Positions 46,588 to 57,860 of a DNA stretch of 64,000 bases are shown here, piece after piece. A program made the translations under genes and the position numbers. The notes below the pieces were generated by a model, which saw nothing but the letters and a program-made list of their open reading frames with translations, searched no databases and was not told the DNA's origin. Positions within the stretch are counted from its first letter, which is position 1; each line of letters begins with the position of its first letter. The stretch comes from Acidobacteriaceae bacterium (lineage in GTDB: Bacteria; Acidobacteriota; Terriglobia; Terriglobales; Acidobacteriaceae): positions 541 through 64,540 of the forward strand of contig PMUM01000330.1 in NCBI GenBank assembly GCA_003166855.1, in the 5' to 3' direction.

Positions 46588-48174
46588 ATGGATTCGGGCG
46601 CAATGTGGATGCGCATGAAGGCTCATGGCTGGGCCTACACGCTGAGTATTCTGGCAACGCTTTCCGTCGGCATTCTGATCGGGACGGTCGTTTCCTACGG
46701 AGTCAAAGGGAAAGAAGGGCAAAAGAGCGACGCGACGCCGCTTACGCTGCCCGCACCGCAGCAATTGTCGAACACGTTTTCGCAGATTGCGAAGCAGATG
46801 GAACCGAGCGTGGTCAACATCAACACGGAATCGACCATTAAGAACGTCCACAAGCGTCGCGGGCAGAATCCCGACGACGAAGATGGCGGCGATGGCAGCG
46901 GGATGGACGACTTCTTCAACCACTTCTTCGGTGGTCCGGGTGGCCAAGGTGCTCCCGGGGGGCCTGGCGATGGCGCGATCCGCGAGCGTTCGCTGGGTTC
47001 CGGCGTGATCGTCGATCCTAAGGGATACATTGTTACCAACCGGCACGTAGTCGAGAAGGCGGATCGCATTCGGGTTCGCTTCGAAGATGATCCGCCGGGC
47101 GTGCAGCACGACGCCAAGGTCATCGGCACCGATCAGGAAACAGATCTTGCCGTGATTAAGGTGGACATTGACCGCGTGCTGCCAGCTGCCAAGATGGGTA
47201 ATTCCGACAGCATGCAGGTGGGCGACTGGGTACTGGCCGTTGGCAGTCCATTCGGCCTGTCCGAGACGGTGACCGCGGGAATTGTTTCGGCCAAGGGCCG
47301 TGACATCGTCCCCGGCCGTCAGTTCCAGACATTCATTCAGACGGATGCGGCAATCAACCCCGGAAACTCGGGGGGACCGCTGGTCAATATGAACGGTGAG
47401 GTCATCGGAATTAACACAGCGATTCTGAGCGAGACCAACGCCTATGCCGGCGTGGGGTTCGCGCTGCCCTCGAAGACAGTGGTCGACGTTTACAACCAGC
47501 TGACCGGGCCGGAACACAAGGTTTCGCGCGGCTCGATTGGCATCATGTTCGATGCGGTCGAGAATCCTGCGATTGCCCGCGTGTACGGTTCGGGATCGGG
47601 TGTGACTGTATCGAGCGTCGTGCCGGGCAGTCCGGCCGACCAGGCTGGCTTGAAAGTCGGCGACACGATCACCAGCGTGGACGGCAAGAAGGTGACCAAG
47701 GGTTCCGAACTGGTGGCCGACATCGCCTCGCGCAAGCCGGGATCGAAGGCGAACCTGATTTTCCTGCGCAACGGAAAATCGCAGGAAACTTCGGTGACCA
47801 TCGCAGACCGCGCCAGGCTGTTTGCCGCGCGGCTGGGCGACGATCAGGAGAACGAAGACGAGAGCACTCCCAAGCAGAGTAAATTCGGTGTGATGGTTCG
47901 AAAGCTGACACCGGAAATGGCCGACCGTCTCGATATGCCGGCCGGAAAAGGCGTCATCGTGCAAGACGTGAAGCCCCGCTCTTTTGCGGAAGACGTAAAC
48001 CTGGGACGCGGCGACATTATTCTGGAAGTGAACAAGCAGCCGGTGAATAGCGAGGAAGAGTTCGCCAAGGTCGAGTCGAGCCTGAAGAGCGGCCAGGACG
48101 TTGTGTTTCTGGTACGCTCTCGCGGTTCATCGAAACAGGACGGAACCATCTTCCTGGCCGGTACACTTCCGTAA
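46588..48174 (+). CDS. HtrA/DegP family serine protease with two PDZ domains
   Basis: Catalytic triad contexts TNRHVV, TDLAVIK and GNSGGPLVN, followed by two PDZ-like segments. Confidence 0.9.
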   Translation: MDSGAMWMRMKAHGWAYTLSILATLSVGILIGTVVSYGVKGKEGQKSDATPLTLPAPQQLSNTFSQIAKQMEPSVVNINTESTIKNVHKRRGQNPDDEDGGDGSGMDDFFNHFFGGPGGQGAPGGPGDGAIRERSLGSGVIVDPKGYIVTNRHVVEKADRIRVRFEDDPPGVQHDAKVIGTDQETDLAVIKVDIDRVLPAAKMGNSDSMQVGDWVLAVGSPFGLSETVTAGIVSAKGRDIVPGRQFQTFIQTDAAINPGNSGGPLVNMNGEVIGINTAILSETNAYAGVGFALPSKTVVDVYNQLTGPEHKVSRGSIGIMFDAVENPAIARVYGSGSGVTVSSVVPGSPADQAGLKVGDTITSVDGKKVTKGSELVADIASRKPGSKANLIFLRNGKSQETSVTIADRARLFAARLGDDQENEDESTPKQSKFGVMVRKLTPEMADRLDMPAGKGVIVQDVKPRSFAEDVNLGRGDIILEVNKQPVNSEEEFAKVESSLKSGQDVVFLVRSRGSSKQDGTIFLAGTLP

Positions 48175-48182
48175 CCGAAACG

Positions 48183-48258
48183 AGCCCAACGGGAACTGGC
48201 GCTGTACTCTCCCATAGTGGATGATTACAATGCCAGCGTCCGTTGGGCTTTTTATTTT
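48183..48258 (+). terminator. terminator-like long hairpin with T-tract after the htrA-like gene
   Basis: AGCCCAACGG ... CCGTTGGGCT followed by TTTTATTTT. The 47-nt loop has some internal pairing. Confidence 0.45.
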
Positions 48259-48275
48259 GAGGTAAAGGTTTCCGG

Positions 48276-48896
48276 TTGAGAAGTTGGACTCCAATCCGTA
48301 GGGCACGGTTCATTGCCTCGGGCACGCTGGCGATATTGGCGTGCGTCGGTGCGGCGAAGGGTGGCCAAACATCGACAAGTGATACCACGGAAAAGAAGCC
48401 AGCTAGTACCACCTCCTCTTCTCATAAGACGCCTCACAAGAGCACAACAAAAGCTTCCACCGCTTCAACAGGCAAGACCAAGTCCGGTTCTACGCACACC
48501 GCATCGTCAGGAAAACATTCCTCGCACAAGAAGTCGGCGAAGACGCGCGGCCAGCAGAAAATCGACTCCGAGAGGGCACAAGCAATCCAGGAAGCGCTGA
48601 TCCGCGAGCACTACATGACCGGAGAAGCGACGGGCACCTGGAACGAGGCCAGCGAACAGGCCATGCGCCGCTACCAGGCGGATCACGGCTGGCAGAGCAA
48701 GACGGTACCCGACTCGCGGGCACTGATCAAGCTGGGCCTGGGACCGAGCAAGGACCATCTGCTGAATCCTGAAAGCGCGATGACCACTGTTCCAGATGCG
48801 CCACGCGCAGAGCCGCTGCCCACCGCATCGCACAGCACTCCGCCTGCGGCCGATCCAGCGCCGCCCGCCAACCCGAACGATTCCCGCCCGCAGTAG
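48276..48896 (+). CDS. peptidoglycan-binding (PG_binding_1-like) protein with S/T/K-rich linker
   Basis: TTG start, signal peptide. RAQAIQEALIREHYMTGEATGTWNEASEQAMRRYQADHGW resembles the PGRP-type binding repeat. Confidence 0.6.
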   Translation: MRSWTPIRRARFIASGTLAILACVGAAKGGQTSTSDTTEKKPASTTSSSHKTPHKSTTKASTASTGKTKSGSTHTASSGKHSSHKKSAKTRGQQKIDSERAQAIQEALIREHYMTGEATGTWNEASEQAMRRYQADHGWQSKTVPDSRALIKLGLGPSKDHLLNPESAMTTVPDAPRAEPLPTASHSTPPAADPAPPANPNDSRPQ

Positions 48897-49029
48897 CTAT
48901 TGACAGCAGTCACCACCCAGCATTCGGTCAAAACAGATGCACGGCTCGCATCAGTTCGTCTGGCTGAGACTGGAATGCCTGTTGGCGAAACTTTCCCAAC
49001 TGGCTGGGCTGAATGCCGATGGCGGACGG

Positions 49030-49824
49030 CTAGTTCTTCTTGTAGCTCATCATCCCCGGCTGCGGGAAGTAAGGTAAGGTCTGGTTGGTGATGATGGCGC
49101 GGGGATTCGTTTCCACTAGAGCTTCGGCGACGTCTTTTCCGCAGATGGCGGCGGCAGCATCGCGCGCCGTGGAAAGAATCGGAACCCGTTTTTCGAGATC
49201 GTGAGCATCGGTCGCGAGAACGTGGACGGCTTGGTGTTCGAGCAGCCATAGCGCTGCGCGCCGCGTCCGATCGCCCCAGAATCCGGTCAGAGCCGAGCCC
49301 GTCATCTGAACCACGCATCCCTGGTCCGCCCACTCCAACACGCGCTGCGGGGTCTCGCGCAAAATAGGGTTGCGCTCGGGATGGGTGATGACCGGCGTCA
49401 TTCCGCAATTCCTAAGCTTGTAGAAGTGCTCCGTCGTCTGGTCCGAGATGCTGAAGTTGCTGAACTCCACAAGCAGGTAGCCCGTGCCTTCGATGACGTA
49501 GCGGGTCGGGTTGGCCAAGGCGTCCTGGATATTGTCGTAAGACAGGTGAAAGTCGCAGCCCAAGCCGATTTTGAGCGAATCGCCGACGAGTTCCTGCAGA
49601 TGCGCGGCGAGTCCCTTCAGGTACTCGCGGTCGTAATGATAGCGATCGTTGGCGTGAGGCGTGGCCACCATGTGCGTAATCCCGTCGGCGGCCGCCGCGC
49701 GGCACAGGGCGACCGAAACGTCCCACGATTTCGGGCCGTCGTCTACCTCAGGAAGAATGTGAGAATGGATGTCGACCACAATTGTACGAACACCCGCACG
49801 CCGCTGATAGTTGCCCTTCCTCAC
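49030..49824 (-). CDS. PHP-domain protein-tyrosine phosphatase (CpsB/YwqE-like)
   Basis: VDIHSHILPEVDDGP and ATPHAN motifs. The true start may be the GTG at 49779. Confidence 0.75.
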   Translation of the reverse strand: MRKGNYQRRAGVRTIVVDIHSHILPEVDDGPKSWDVSVALCRAAAADGITHMVATPHANDRYHYDREYLKGLAAHLQELVGDSLKIGLGCDFHLSYDNIQDALANPTRYVIEGTGYLLVEFSNFSISDQTTEHFYKLRNCGMTPVITHPERNPILRETPQRVLEWADQGCVVQMTGSALTGFWGDRTRRAALWLLEHQAVHVLATDAHDLEKRVPILSTARDAAAAICGKDVAEALVETNPRAIITNQTLPYFPQPGMMSYKKN

Positions 49825-49973
49825 GATTTAAACAGATTCGTCTGCAAAGTCCAAGCCGCGCGGGAACTGGCAGATTGTGTTCGATGGGTTCGAAAGAATT
49901 GCTGGGCCCAACTCCACTTGCGCTTTCAACAGGGCGTGCCGGTACGCGCTGGTTTGTTTCGCGACCTTCGCGG

Positions 49974-51194
49974 TTACAAACTCGTCCCATATCGCTCGCG
50001 AATGAACTCCGCAATCCCCGCGTAGGCTTTCGTCAGCGTCGCTTCATCTGGCAAGAACACAATCCGGAAATGTTGCGTTCCCGGCTTCTGGCCGAAGCCG
50101 GAGCCATGCACGACCATGACGTGTTTCTGGCGGATGAGTTCCTTCACGAAGATCTCGTCGCTCTCCCGGATGTCGATGCGCGGGTAGGCGTAGAACGCTC
50201 CCCGCGGCGCGACGCAACTCACCCGCGGAGTCGCCTCGCACCACTTCTGCGTGAGATCGCGGCGCGAGCGCAGTTTGCGCTGCACTTCGGCGAGATGATC
50301 CTGCGGCCCTTCCAGCGCGGGCTTGATCGCGTACTGCTCGGGATGGTTGGCACACAAGCGTGCCCTCAGCAGGCGGTGAACACCTTCTGTGTAAGTCTTT
50401 ACAGCGGCTGCGTCGCCGGAGACGATGCCCCATCCGATGCGCCATCCCGGGACGAGGTAGTTCTTCGACATGCCGCCGAAGGTTACGCAAGGCACGTCGG
50501 GCGCGACTGAGGCGAACGCAATGTGGGGCGTGCCGTCGAGAATCAGCTTGTCGTAGATTTCGTCCGAGAAAACGATCAGGTTGTGGCGGCGAGCGAGTTC
50601 CGCGACCTGCTCCAGCATCTGCCGCGTGCATAGTGATCCCGTAGGGTTGTTGGGGTTAATCAGAACGATGCCGCGTGTGCGCGGCGTGAGCTTGCGCTCG
50701 ATGTCGGCCAGTTCCGGCTGCCAAGCGTCGTCTTCGTTCAAGTCATAGGCGTTAAGCCCGATCCCCAGCTTGCAGAGCACCGCCGAGTACAGCGGATAGT
50801 CCGGGCTGGGAGTCAGAACGTTCTCGCCGGGATTCACGAGGGCGGACAAACACAGGTCGACCGTCTCACTCACTCCGGCCGTAACGAAAATATCCCGCAC
50901 GGTGGTAAGACCCTTGCGCCCGGCCTCGCCACGAATGGCCTCGATCGCCTCCGGGATGCCCGGAGACGGCGCGTATCCGTTCTTACCGTCGCGCATGGCC
51001 TTGTACACGGCCTCGATGATGTGCGGCGGCGTCTGGAAATCGAAATTCAGAGGATCGCCGACGTTGAGCGGAAGGACCCTGTGTCCCTGCTTCACAACTT
51101 CATCGGCGACGCAGGCCAGGTCGCGGATGGCGTAGCGGACGTTATCGAGGCGGGAGGCGGCAGCAATCTCGTGAGCTGAGCTGATGGGAGTCAT
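49974..51194 (-). CDS. class I/II pyridoxal-phosphate aminotransferase (alanine/aspartate aminotransferase-like)
   Basis: PLP-Lys context GGMSKNYLVPGWRIGW, plus INPNNPTG. Confidence 0.85.
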   Translation of the reverse strand: MTPISSAHEIAAASRLDNVRYAIRDLACVADEVVKQGHRVLPLNVGDPLNFDFQTPPHIIEAVYKAMRDGKNGYAPSPGIPEAIEAIRGEAGRKGLTTVRDIFVTAGVSETVDLCLSALVNPGENVLTPSPDYPLYSAVLCKLGIGLNAYDLNEDDAWQPELADIERKLTPRTRGIVLINPNNPTGSLCTRQMLEQVAELARRHNLIVFSDEIYDKLILDGTPHIAFASVAPDVPCVTFGGMSKNYLVPGWRIGWGIVSGDAAAVKTYTEGVHRLLRARLCANHPEQYAIKPALEGPQDHLAEVQRKLRSRRDLTQKWCEATPRVSCVAPRGAFYAYPRIDIRESDEIFVKELIRQKHVMVVHGSGFGQKPGTQHFRIVFLPDEATLTKAYAGIAEFIRERYGTSL

Positions 51195-51334
51195 GGAAGC
51201 CTCGCCACGGCGAAGGTTCCGGGCCGCGGCTCAAGAGAAATTCTAAATGCACGGGACGCGCTAGAGCGCAGAAATCTGCGCCCGGTCCCCGCCAGTTGCG
51301 AACGAGGGGCGGCAAGACTGAAGAGTGGGAAGAC

Positions 51335-51715
51335 TTACTTGTTAGAGTTGAATGTGAACACGGCTTCTTCGAGAGTCTGGGCTGGGCCGGGTGCGTATTT
51401 CCAATGCATCACAGCCTGTGAGGCATACTGGGCCAGCATGGGGTTGCCGCCCTTGCACTCAACCTTCGAAACCGTCCCGTTCGGAAGCACGGTCGCCGCC
51501 AGGCGAACCTGTCCTTCAAAGTGCCCATTCCTGAGGACATACGGATAGTCGGGCTCGGTCATCACCAGGACCTTGCGGTGTATCTTGGCCGTGTCCTGAG
51601 CCAAAAGACGCGGAGTGGAAACATCCATTAGTCCGAGCAGCACGGCCAGGGCGGCAAGACAGAGCCTGTTCCTGACGCTCAGATTGCGAACGGTGCGAAA
51701 TTGACGATCCATCAC
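51335..51715 (-). CDS. secreted TonB C-terminal domain protein
   Basis: EPDYPYVLRNGHFEGQVRLAATVLPNGTVSKVE matches the TonB_C fold pattern. Has a signal peptide. Confidence 0.6.
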   Translation of the reverse strand: MMDRQFRTVRNLSVRNRLCLAALAVLLGLMDVSTPRLLAQDTAKIHRKVLVMTEPDYPYVLRNGHFEGQVRLAATVLPNGTVSKVECKGGNPMLAQYASQAVMHWKYAPGPAQTLEEAVFTFNSNK

Positions 51716-51860
51716 AAGACGACCCCAAAGGCAAGAGTTGAGACCTGGAGGGAAGCCTCATGCGGTTAAGTTAGGTTGCCAGCAAGGGGTGAACAAGATT
51801 ACCGAAGTACTCAGGAAAGCAACCCGCAGCTTACTGGCTTCGCGGGGAAAAACGACGTCG

Positions 51861-51900
51861 GAAAAGAAAATCAGCCGTCAGAACAGATTCTGACGGCTGA
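51861..51900 (-). terminator. rho-independent terminator of the aldehyde dehydrogenase gene
   Basis: On the minus strand TCAGCCGTCAGA-loop-TCTGACGGCTGA is followed by TTTTCTTTTCC. Confidence 0.75.
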
Positions 51901-51914
51901 ACGCGGAGGGGAAC

Positions 51915-53450
51915 CTAGTCTTCCCGGTCGATCTGGGCTTTCTGCAACTTGTCCGAATAGTCGACGTAAACCGACTTCCACTCCGTGTAGAAGTCGATCG
52001 CGCCGATTCCACCCTCGCGATGCCCATTGCCCGTGGCTTTGGTGCCGCCAAAGGGCAGGTGCACCTCGGCGCCGATCGTCGGCGCATTGATGTAGGTGAT
52101 GCCTGCATAGAGGTCTCGAATGGCCGAGAACGCCTTATTAACATCCTTGGTGTAGAGCGCGGACGACAAGCCGTACTCGATCCCGTTCGCGATTTCGATG
52201 GCGTCTTCGAGATCGTCGCAAGGAATGATCGCTACGACAGGGCCGAAGATTTCTTCCTGCGCGATGCGCATCTTGGGGTCGACGTCGGTAAAGACCGTCG
52301 GCTCCATGAACCAGCCGTACTGGTAGTCGCCCTGATCGAGACGATTGCCGCCGCAGACCAGCTTTGCGCCTTCATTTTTGCCGATGTCAACATAGCTGAG
52401 ATCCGTCTGAAGCTGTTTCTCGTTGACGGCCGGTCCCATCTGTACGGTCTCGTCCAGGCCGTTGCCTACCTTCAGTTTTTTGGCACGCTCGACCAACCGC
52501 TCGACGAATTCCCGATACACGCCTTTTTGCACGATCATGCGACTGGTCGCCGTGCAGCGCTGGCCGGTGGTTCCGAACGCTCCCCAGAGCCCGCCTTCGA
52601 TGGCCAGATCGAGGTTGGCGTCGTCGAGTACGATCATGGGATTCTTGCCGCCCAACTCGAGCGAGCAATGCTTGAAACTCTTGGCCGCGATGCCGCCGAT
52701 AATGCGGCCCACCGCGGACGATCCCGTCAGAGAAACCGCGCGAACGTCGGCATGCTCGGCGATCGGAGTGCCTACGTCTGCCCCGAATCCGCTCACGACG
52801 TTGATGACGCCCTTCGGCAGGCCCGCGTCGGTGAGTGCACGAACCAGATTAAAAGTCGAGAGCGGAGTATCCTGCGCGGGCTTGATGACGCAGGTGTTGC
52901 CGCAGACAATGGCCGGCAGAAGCTTCCAGGACGAAATCGCCATCGGGAAGTTCCATGGCGTAATCATCCCGCATACGCCAATCGGCTGCCGGACGGCCAT
53001 GGCGAACTTGTTGGGCATTTCCGAGGGCACGGTGGGGCCAAACAGCCGCCGGCCTTCGCCGGCGTTGTAGTAAGCGGCGTCGATGGCTTCCTGTACGTCG
53101 CCGCGCGTCTCGGCCAGAACCTTGCCCATTTCGCGGGTCATTTCTCGCGCATAATCGTCCTTGCGCTCGATCAAAATCTCTGCGGCGCGGAAAACAACCT
53201 CGGCGCGGCGCGGGGCGGGCACGAGTCGCCACTTCGTGAAGGCGCGCTTGGCGGCAGCGACGGCAGAGTCCACGTCAGCCTTGGCGGATTTCTGGAAGAT
53301 GCCGACCAGGTCGCGGGTGTCGGCGGGATTGCGGTTCTCGAACGTCTCTCCGGTCGAGGCCTCGACCCATTCGCCGTCAATGAAATTCTTGAAAACCTTG
53401 GTCTTGCCGTAGTTGAGCGTGGCTGGACTGGTCAAAGTATCGGTTGCCAT
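51915..53450 (-). CDS. aldehyde dehydrogenase family protein
   Basis: [16 protein letters not shown] (catalytic Cys) and EEIFGPV motifs. Start set to the ATG preceded by AGGAG (MATDTL...). Confidence 0.85.
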   Translation of the reverse strand: MATDTLTSPATLNYGKTKVFKNFIDGEWVEASTGETFENRNPADTRDLVGIFQKSAKADVDSAVAAAKRAFTKWRLVPAPRRAEVVFRAAEILIERKDDYAREMTREMGKVLAETRGDVQEAIDAAYYNAGEGRRLFGPTVPSEMPNKFAMAVRQPIGVCGMITPWNFPMAISSWKLLPAIVCGNTCVIKPAQDTPLSTFNLVRALTDAGLPKGVINVVSGFGADVGTPIAEHADVRAVSLTGSSAVGRIIGGIAAKSFKHCSLELGGKNPMIVLDDANLDLAIEGGLWGAFGTTGQRCTATSRMIVQKGVYREFVERLVERAKKLKVGNGLDETVQMGPAVNEKQLQTDLSYVDIGKNEGAKLVCGGNRLDQGDYQYGWFMEPTVFTDVDPKMRIAQEEIFGPVVAIIPCDDLEDAIEIANGIEYGLSSALYTKDVNKAFSAIRDLYAGITYINAPTIGAEVHLPFGGTKATGNGHREGGIGAIDFYTEWKSVYVDYSDKLQKAQIDRED

Positions 53451-53537
53451 GATGTCTCCTAGGGTTTCTGAATATGAAGGCCCAAACAATTGATGCTACA
53501 ACCCGCAAGGAAGGTGCGGCAAGAGAGGTTCGACAAC

Positions 53538-55127
53538 CTACCGCCAACGTTTCAATTGCGGCCAGATCTGAGTCAGTGTCCCGAACTTTGCGCCTTTGCA
53601 GATGTAGACGCCGATCTGCGACTCCAACGCCCACGGATTGTCGGCTGACGTGCCAATATATTCGACCTGTTCGAAAAGCTGCTCCAGACGTTCTCTTCTG
53701 TCGCCGAGCACGATCATGCAATTGCCGGAATACCCGCGCGGTCCCCAGAGAAAATATGTGCGGTCGCCGCTGAGAGCGGGAGGCAAGCCGTGCGACCGGC
53801 CAAAGAAGTCGATGGCCCCCGCCTGGCCGTAGTCTTGCGCGAAGATGGCGCAGTCAGAGCGCTGGTCGACTGGGATGCGGTTCCACGCCACCTCGGCCTC
53901 GTCCGCAATCTCCTTCCAGCCAAACTGGTCGGAGTACCACTGTGGCAGCGCCGCGCGCGCATGGGAGTACTCATTCACCGGGAGCTTGAACGGAAGAGTC
54001 TTCGTATAAGTCAGGAAATGGTCCGGCGAGAGAACCGGAACAACGATTGGCATAAGGTGGATTCCACTGGCCAGCAGGACGATCACAATAGTTGGCTTCA
54101 ACCACTGGAGGCGCGGCCTCGCGCTTTCCGGACGGTCCAGCCAATGTTCAATCCCCACCGCCCCCGCGGCCAGCAACATCGGGTAAATGGGAGCAAGGTA
54201 GTAGTTCTTGCCGTGAAGCAGGAACAAGATCGTATAGGTAACCAGATAACTCCAACCCAGCAGCCGATACGGCCGGAGGCGTGCGGAGAATAGCAGGGCG
54301 AACAACCCGCCCAGCCAGAGGGGCGCGACCAAAGGATTGGTGACCAGCACCTGCTGAAAGAAGAATTGAGCGGGCCCCCACACAACGTCGCGCCCTTCGG
54401 ACCGGATGGCGCGCATCAACTGTACGAACGGCCAGTCGTAGTGAATGTTCCATAGCAGATTGGGCAGGAAAATCAGAAACGCGGCGAGTCCTCCCAGCCA
54501 TATCCACTTGTTCAGGAATTCGCGGCGCTGCTCGGTGAGCAACAGGCCCACGACAATTCCCAGGCCGAAGATGGCGATGGTGTACTTGTTTTCGAGTCCG
54601 ACACCGGCGCACACGCCGAACCACAGCCAGTAGCGGGGATTGTCTTGCTTGATGGCCAGGATGGCGAAGTAGGCGCAGCCCATCCACAGGTTGGGCTCAA
54701 GACAATTTGTGCCGAGCAAGCTGCCGTTGGAAAGATACTGCGGCACGATGACGGCGCAGACGGCACTGAGCAGCACGGCGTAGCGGCGTCCTCCCATCTC
54801 GCGAGCGAGGACAGCGGTCTGGACGACAAGCAAGGAGGACGCCAAGGCAGGGATGAAGCGAATGCTTCGCAGCGAGTCTCCCAGCACAGCGCGGCAGATG
54901 TGGATCAGAAAAGGAATGAGCGGAGGTTGGTCGACATATCCCCACTGCAGATGGTCGCCGCACGACATATAGTCGAACTCGTCGCGAAAATATCCGTAGC
55001 GGTTGTTGAAATAAATGTGGAAGAGCAGCTTGGCCAAGGCGATTGCCCAGATCACAGCCATGCCCGAAGCGAGGAAAGATTGCTGGTTGCGGTCGAGAGC
55101 CAAGAGTGCCGGGGGATGGGCGGCCAT
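53538..55127 (-). CDS. GT-C family glycosyltransferase (ArnT / PMT_2-like)
   Basis: 529-aa polytopic membrane protein. The first loop YFRDEFDYMSCGDHLQWGYVDQPPLIPFL matches the ArnT/GT39-83 type acidic-loop motif. Confidence 0.7.
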   Translation of the reverse strand: MAAHPPALLALDRNQQSFLASGMAVIWAIALAKLLFHIYFNNRYGYFRDEFDYMSCGDHLQWGYVDQPPLIPFLIHICRAVLGDSLRSIRFIPALASSLLVVQTAVLAREMGGRRYAVLLSAVCAVIVPQYLSNGSLLGTNCLEPNLWMGCAYFAILAIKQDNPRYWLWFGVCAGVGLENKYTIAIFGLGIVVGLLLTEQRREFLNKWIWLGGLAAFLIFLPNLLWNIHYDWPFVQLMRAIRSEGRDVVWGPAQFFFQQVLVTNPLVAPLWLGGLFALLFSARLRPYRLLGWSYLVTYTILFLLHGKNYYLAPIYPMLLAAGAVGIEHWLDRPESARPRLQWLKPTIVIVLLASGIHLMPIVVPVLSPDHFLTYTKTLPFKLPVNEYSHARAALPQWYSDQFGWKEIADEAEVAWNRIPVDQRSDCAIFAQDYGQAGAIDFFGRSHGLPPALSGDRTYFLWGPRGYSGNCMIVLGDRRERLEQLFEQVEYIGTSADNPWALESQIGVYICKGAKFGTLTQIWPQLKRWR

Positions 55128-55267
55128 GGGAAACTAAGAATAGCTGATTCCCCGCGCAGTTTCAGGTGCGCCGAATCACTTCTCTCCGACTTCCCCGCAG
55201 TGACGCCAGGCAGAGGCTTCGGCACTTCGGTAACGTCTCAAACTGATTACCTGTTCTTTCCTCCGTT

Positions 55268-56620
55268 TTGCTTGTGCTAACGTTGCTCTTTACCGCATAT
55301 TTGCAAAGGTTTAGCGAGGTTTTTCGATCCCAAGTGTCTTCCGATAACCGCAAACCGGGGATCCACGTTGCGTGGACCACCATCACCTACCGCAGTGTCG
55401 CCCTGCTGATCATGGCCGGCGCGGTCATCTTCTATTTTGTTGTGCGTTTCACCTTCCCACAATTCACCGAGAACACGGTCAAGGCTGGCGGGAATGTAGT
55501 CGGCAAGTTGCTGGACCATGTTGCGGGCATGGCTCCGGCAACTGGACCTGGAACCTCGACGGCCCAGCAGGCGCACTTCACCGCTCTCGATGGCACCGTG
55601 CGCGTCAAGAAGAGCAACGGCAATAGCTGGGTCACCGGCGACTACAGCATCCCTCTGGAAAAGGGCGATGTCGTCCAGACCGGTTCGGAAGGCATGGCCA
55701 AGGTCGTGTTCAACGACGGCACGAGCTACACCGTGAAACAGGATTCGCTGATCGTGATCGAAGAGAACTCGGCCAACGACCAGCAGCAGACCAATGTGGC
55801 CGTAGCCGTCAGCACCGGAACGGTTGATCTCTCGACTGCGACCTACAGCCAAGGTTCGAAATCGCAGGTGATTGTGGCGGGCGCCACGGCTTCGCTGTCG
55901 CCGGAGTCAGCGGCGCAGGTGCATAACGATCCCAAGGCCGATCAGCACGAAATCCTGATGAAAAAAGGTGCCGGTGAGGTCTCGCGTAATGGCGAAACGG
56001 TAAAACTGGCCAACTGGGAAAAAGTCACTTTCCAGGGGCAACAATCGCACCTGGAGAAGGCTAAAGAAATTGGACCTCCCACGCCCATCGCTCCCGCCAA
56101 CATGGCGCCGCTGTTTTCCGCGGGCGAGGCAACCAAGGATGTGGAATTCTCCTGGACGCCGATGGCGAATGCAGTTGGTTACCGCCTGCGCATCTCCCGC
56201 AATCCTTATTTTTCTTCTACACTCGTTGACAAGAAGGTTAATACAGCGGCGGTAACCGTCACCAGCCTCGGCGAAGGCGCCTATTACTGGATGGTCCAGT
56301 CGTACGACACAGCCGGGAAAGAATCGGTGGAGAGCGAGAAGAACCGCTTCACCATCATTTCCAAAGGCAAGGAGACCGAGGCCATCGAATTGGATCTGGA
56401 TCCGTTTATTCAGCATGGACACGTCATTGAAGTGACAGGCAAGACCCAGACCGGGGCGCGCGTCATGGTGAACGGCAGCGAGGTTCCCATGATCGGCACA
56501 GATGGCCAGTTTCATTACTTCACGCCGCCGTTGCCGACCGGGGAAGCGGTGATCACGGTGACGGCGCAAACCGCGCAGGGCGGAGTGAATACGCAGCAGA
56601 AGAAGATCATTATTCAGTAA
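55268..56620 (+). CDS. membrane-anchored FecR-domain-like protein with Ig/FN3-like C-terminal domains
   Basis: TM (VALLIMAGAVIFYFVV). GTVRVKKSNGNSWVTGDYSIPLEKGDVVQTGSEGMAKVVFNDGTSYTV resembles the FecR domain. Start uncertain (TTG in the track). Confidence 0.45.
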   Translation: MLVLTLLFTAYLQRFSEVFRSQVSSDNRKPGIHVAWTTITYRSVALLIMAGAVIFYFVVRFTFPQFTENTVKAGGNVVGKLLDHVAGMAPATGPGTSTAQQAHFTALDGTVRVKKSNGNSWVTGDYSIPLEKGDVVQTGSEGMAKVVFNDGTSYTVKQDSLIVIEENSANDQQQTNVAVAVSTGTVDLSTATYSQGSKSQVIVAGATASLSPESAAQVHNDPKADQHEILMKKGAGEVSRNGETVKLANWEKVTFQGQQSHLEKAKEIGPPTPIAPANMAPLFSAGEATKDVEFSWTPMANAVGYRLRISRNPYFSSTLVDKKVNTAAVTVTSLGEGAYYWMVQSYDTAGKESVESEKNRFTIISKGKETEAIELDLDPFIQHGHVIEVTGKTQTGARVMVNGSEVPMIGTDGQFHYFTPPLPTGEAVITVTAQTAQGGVNTQQKKIIIQ

Positions 56621-56795
56621 GCGCCGTCGCTGCCAGACACTGGGTTGCGACCTTTGGGATAGCGAACTTTCGATTTGAGCACGGTTGCCGGGCATCTCGT
56701 AGAATGAAGATAGCCAGCACCCTGACAGAAAAAAGGAAGACACCGGGAGAACTCCCGGCAAAGCAGCACGTAGAAAGACGCGGGAACATTTCGTC

Positions 56796-57860
56796 ATGTC
56801 AAACAACGGATATCATTCAGGCCCGACGCGCAGTCACAACCTCCGGTCGCTGTTCAGCATTTTCTCCAGCGATCTGGCCATCGACCTCGGCACCGCCAAC
56901 ACGCTTGTGTATGCGCGCGGCAAAGGGATCGTCGTCAACGAGCCTTCCATCGTCGCCATCAACAAGAACACGGGCGAAGTCGAGGCCGTTGGCAAAGAGG
57001 CGAAAGAGATGCTGGGCCGTACGCCGGGCAACATTGTCGCCATCAAGCCCATGAAAGATGGCGTGATCGCCGACTTCAAAGTCACCGAGAAGATGTTGAA
57101 CTACTTCATCCAGAAGGCGCACAACCGCAAGATGCTGGTGCACCCGCGCATCGTGATTGGCGTGCCGTCTGAGATCACGCAAGTGGAAAAGCGCGCGGTT
57201 ATGGATTCAGCTTATCGCGCCAAGGCGAGCGAAGTGCACCTCGTCGAGCAGGCCATGGTTGCCGCGATCGGCGCCGGCCTTCCTATCACCGAACCCAGCG
57301 GCAACATGGTGGTCGACATCGGTGGCGGCACCACAGACATCGCAGTTATTTCTTTGAGCGGCATTGTCTATTCGCGTTCCGTGCGTATGGCGGGCAACCA
57401 GATGGACGAAGCCGTCATGAATTACCTGAAACGGAAATATAACTTGCTGATCGGCGAACGTACCGCCGAGCAGATCAAGATGGAAATCGGCTCCGCGCAC
57501 CAGCTCGACAAGCCGATGACCATGGAAATCAAAGGCCGCAACTTGATCGAAGGCGTGCCCAAGACGATCACGGTCGACGACGGCGAAATCCGCGAAGCGC
57601 TCAGCGAGTGCGTTTCGACCATCATGAACGCGATCCGCGTGGCCCTCGAGCGGACGCCTCCCGAGCTCTCCGCCGACATCAGCGACCGCGGCATCGTCCT
57701 CACTGGCGGCGGGGCGCTCCTCAAGAACCTCGACAAGCGTATCCGCGAAGAAACGGGCCTGCCTGTTTCCATCGCCGACGATCCGCTGTGCAGCGTGGTT
57801 CTTGGCACCGGCAAAATGCTCAGCGACTTCAAGCTGCTGAGAAAGATATCGATTGAGTAG
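56796..57860 (+). CDS. mreB: rod shape-determining protein MreB
   Basis: Actin-fold motifs DLAIDLGTANTLVY, VVDIGGGTTD and LTGGGALL. Confidence 0.95.
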   Translation: MSNNGYHSGPTRSHNLRSLFSIFSSDLAIDLGTANTLVYARGKGIVVNEPSIVAINKNTGEVEAVGKEAKEMLGRTPGNIVAIKPMKDGVIADFKVTEKMLNYFIQKAHNRKMLVHPRIVIGVPSEITQVEKRAVMDSAYRAKASEVHLVEQAMVAAIGAGLPITEPSGNMVVDIGGGTTDIAVISLSGIVYSRSVRMAGNQMDEAVMNYLKRKYNLLIGERTAEQIKMEIGSAHQLDKPMTMEIKGRNLIEGVPKTITVDDGEIREALSECVSTIMNAIRVALERTPPELSADISDRGIVLTGGGALLKNLDKRIREETGLPVSIADDPLCSVVLGTGKMLSDFKLLRKISIE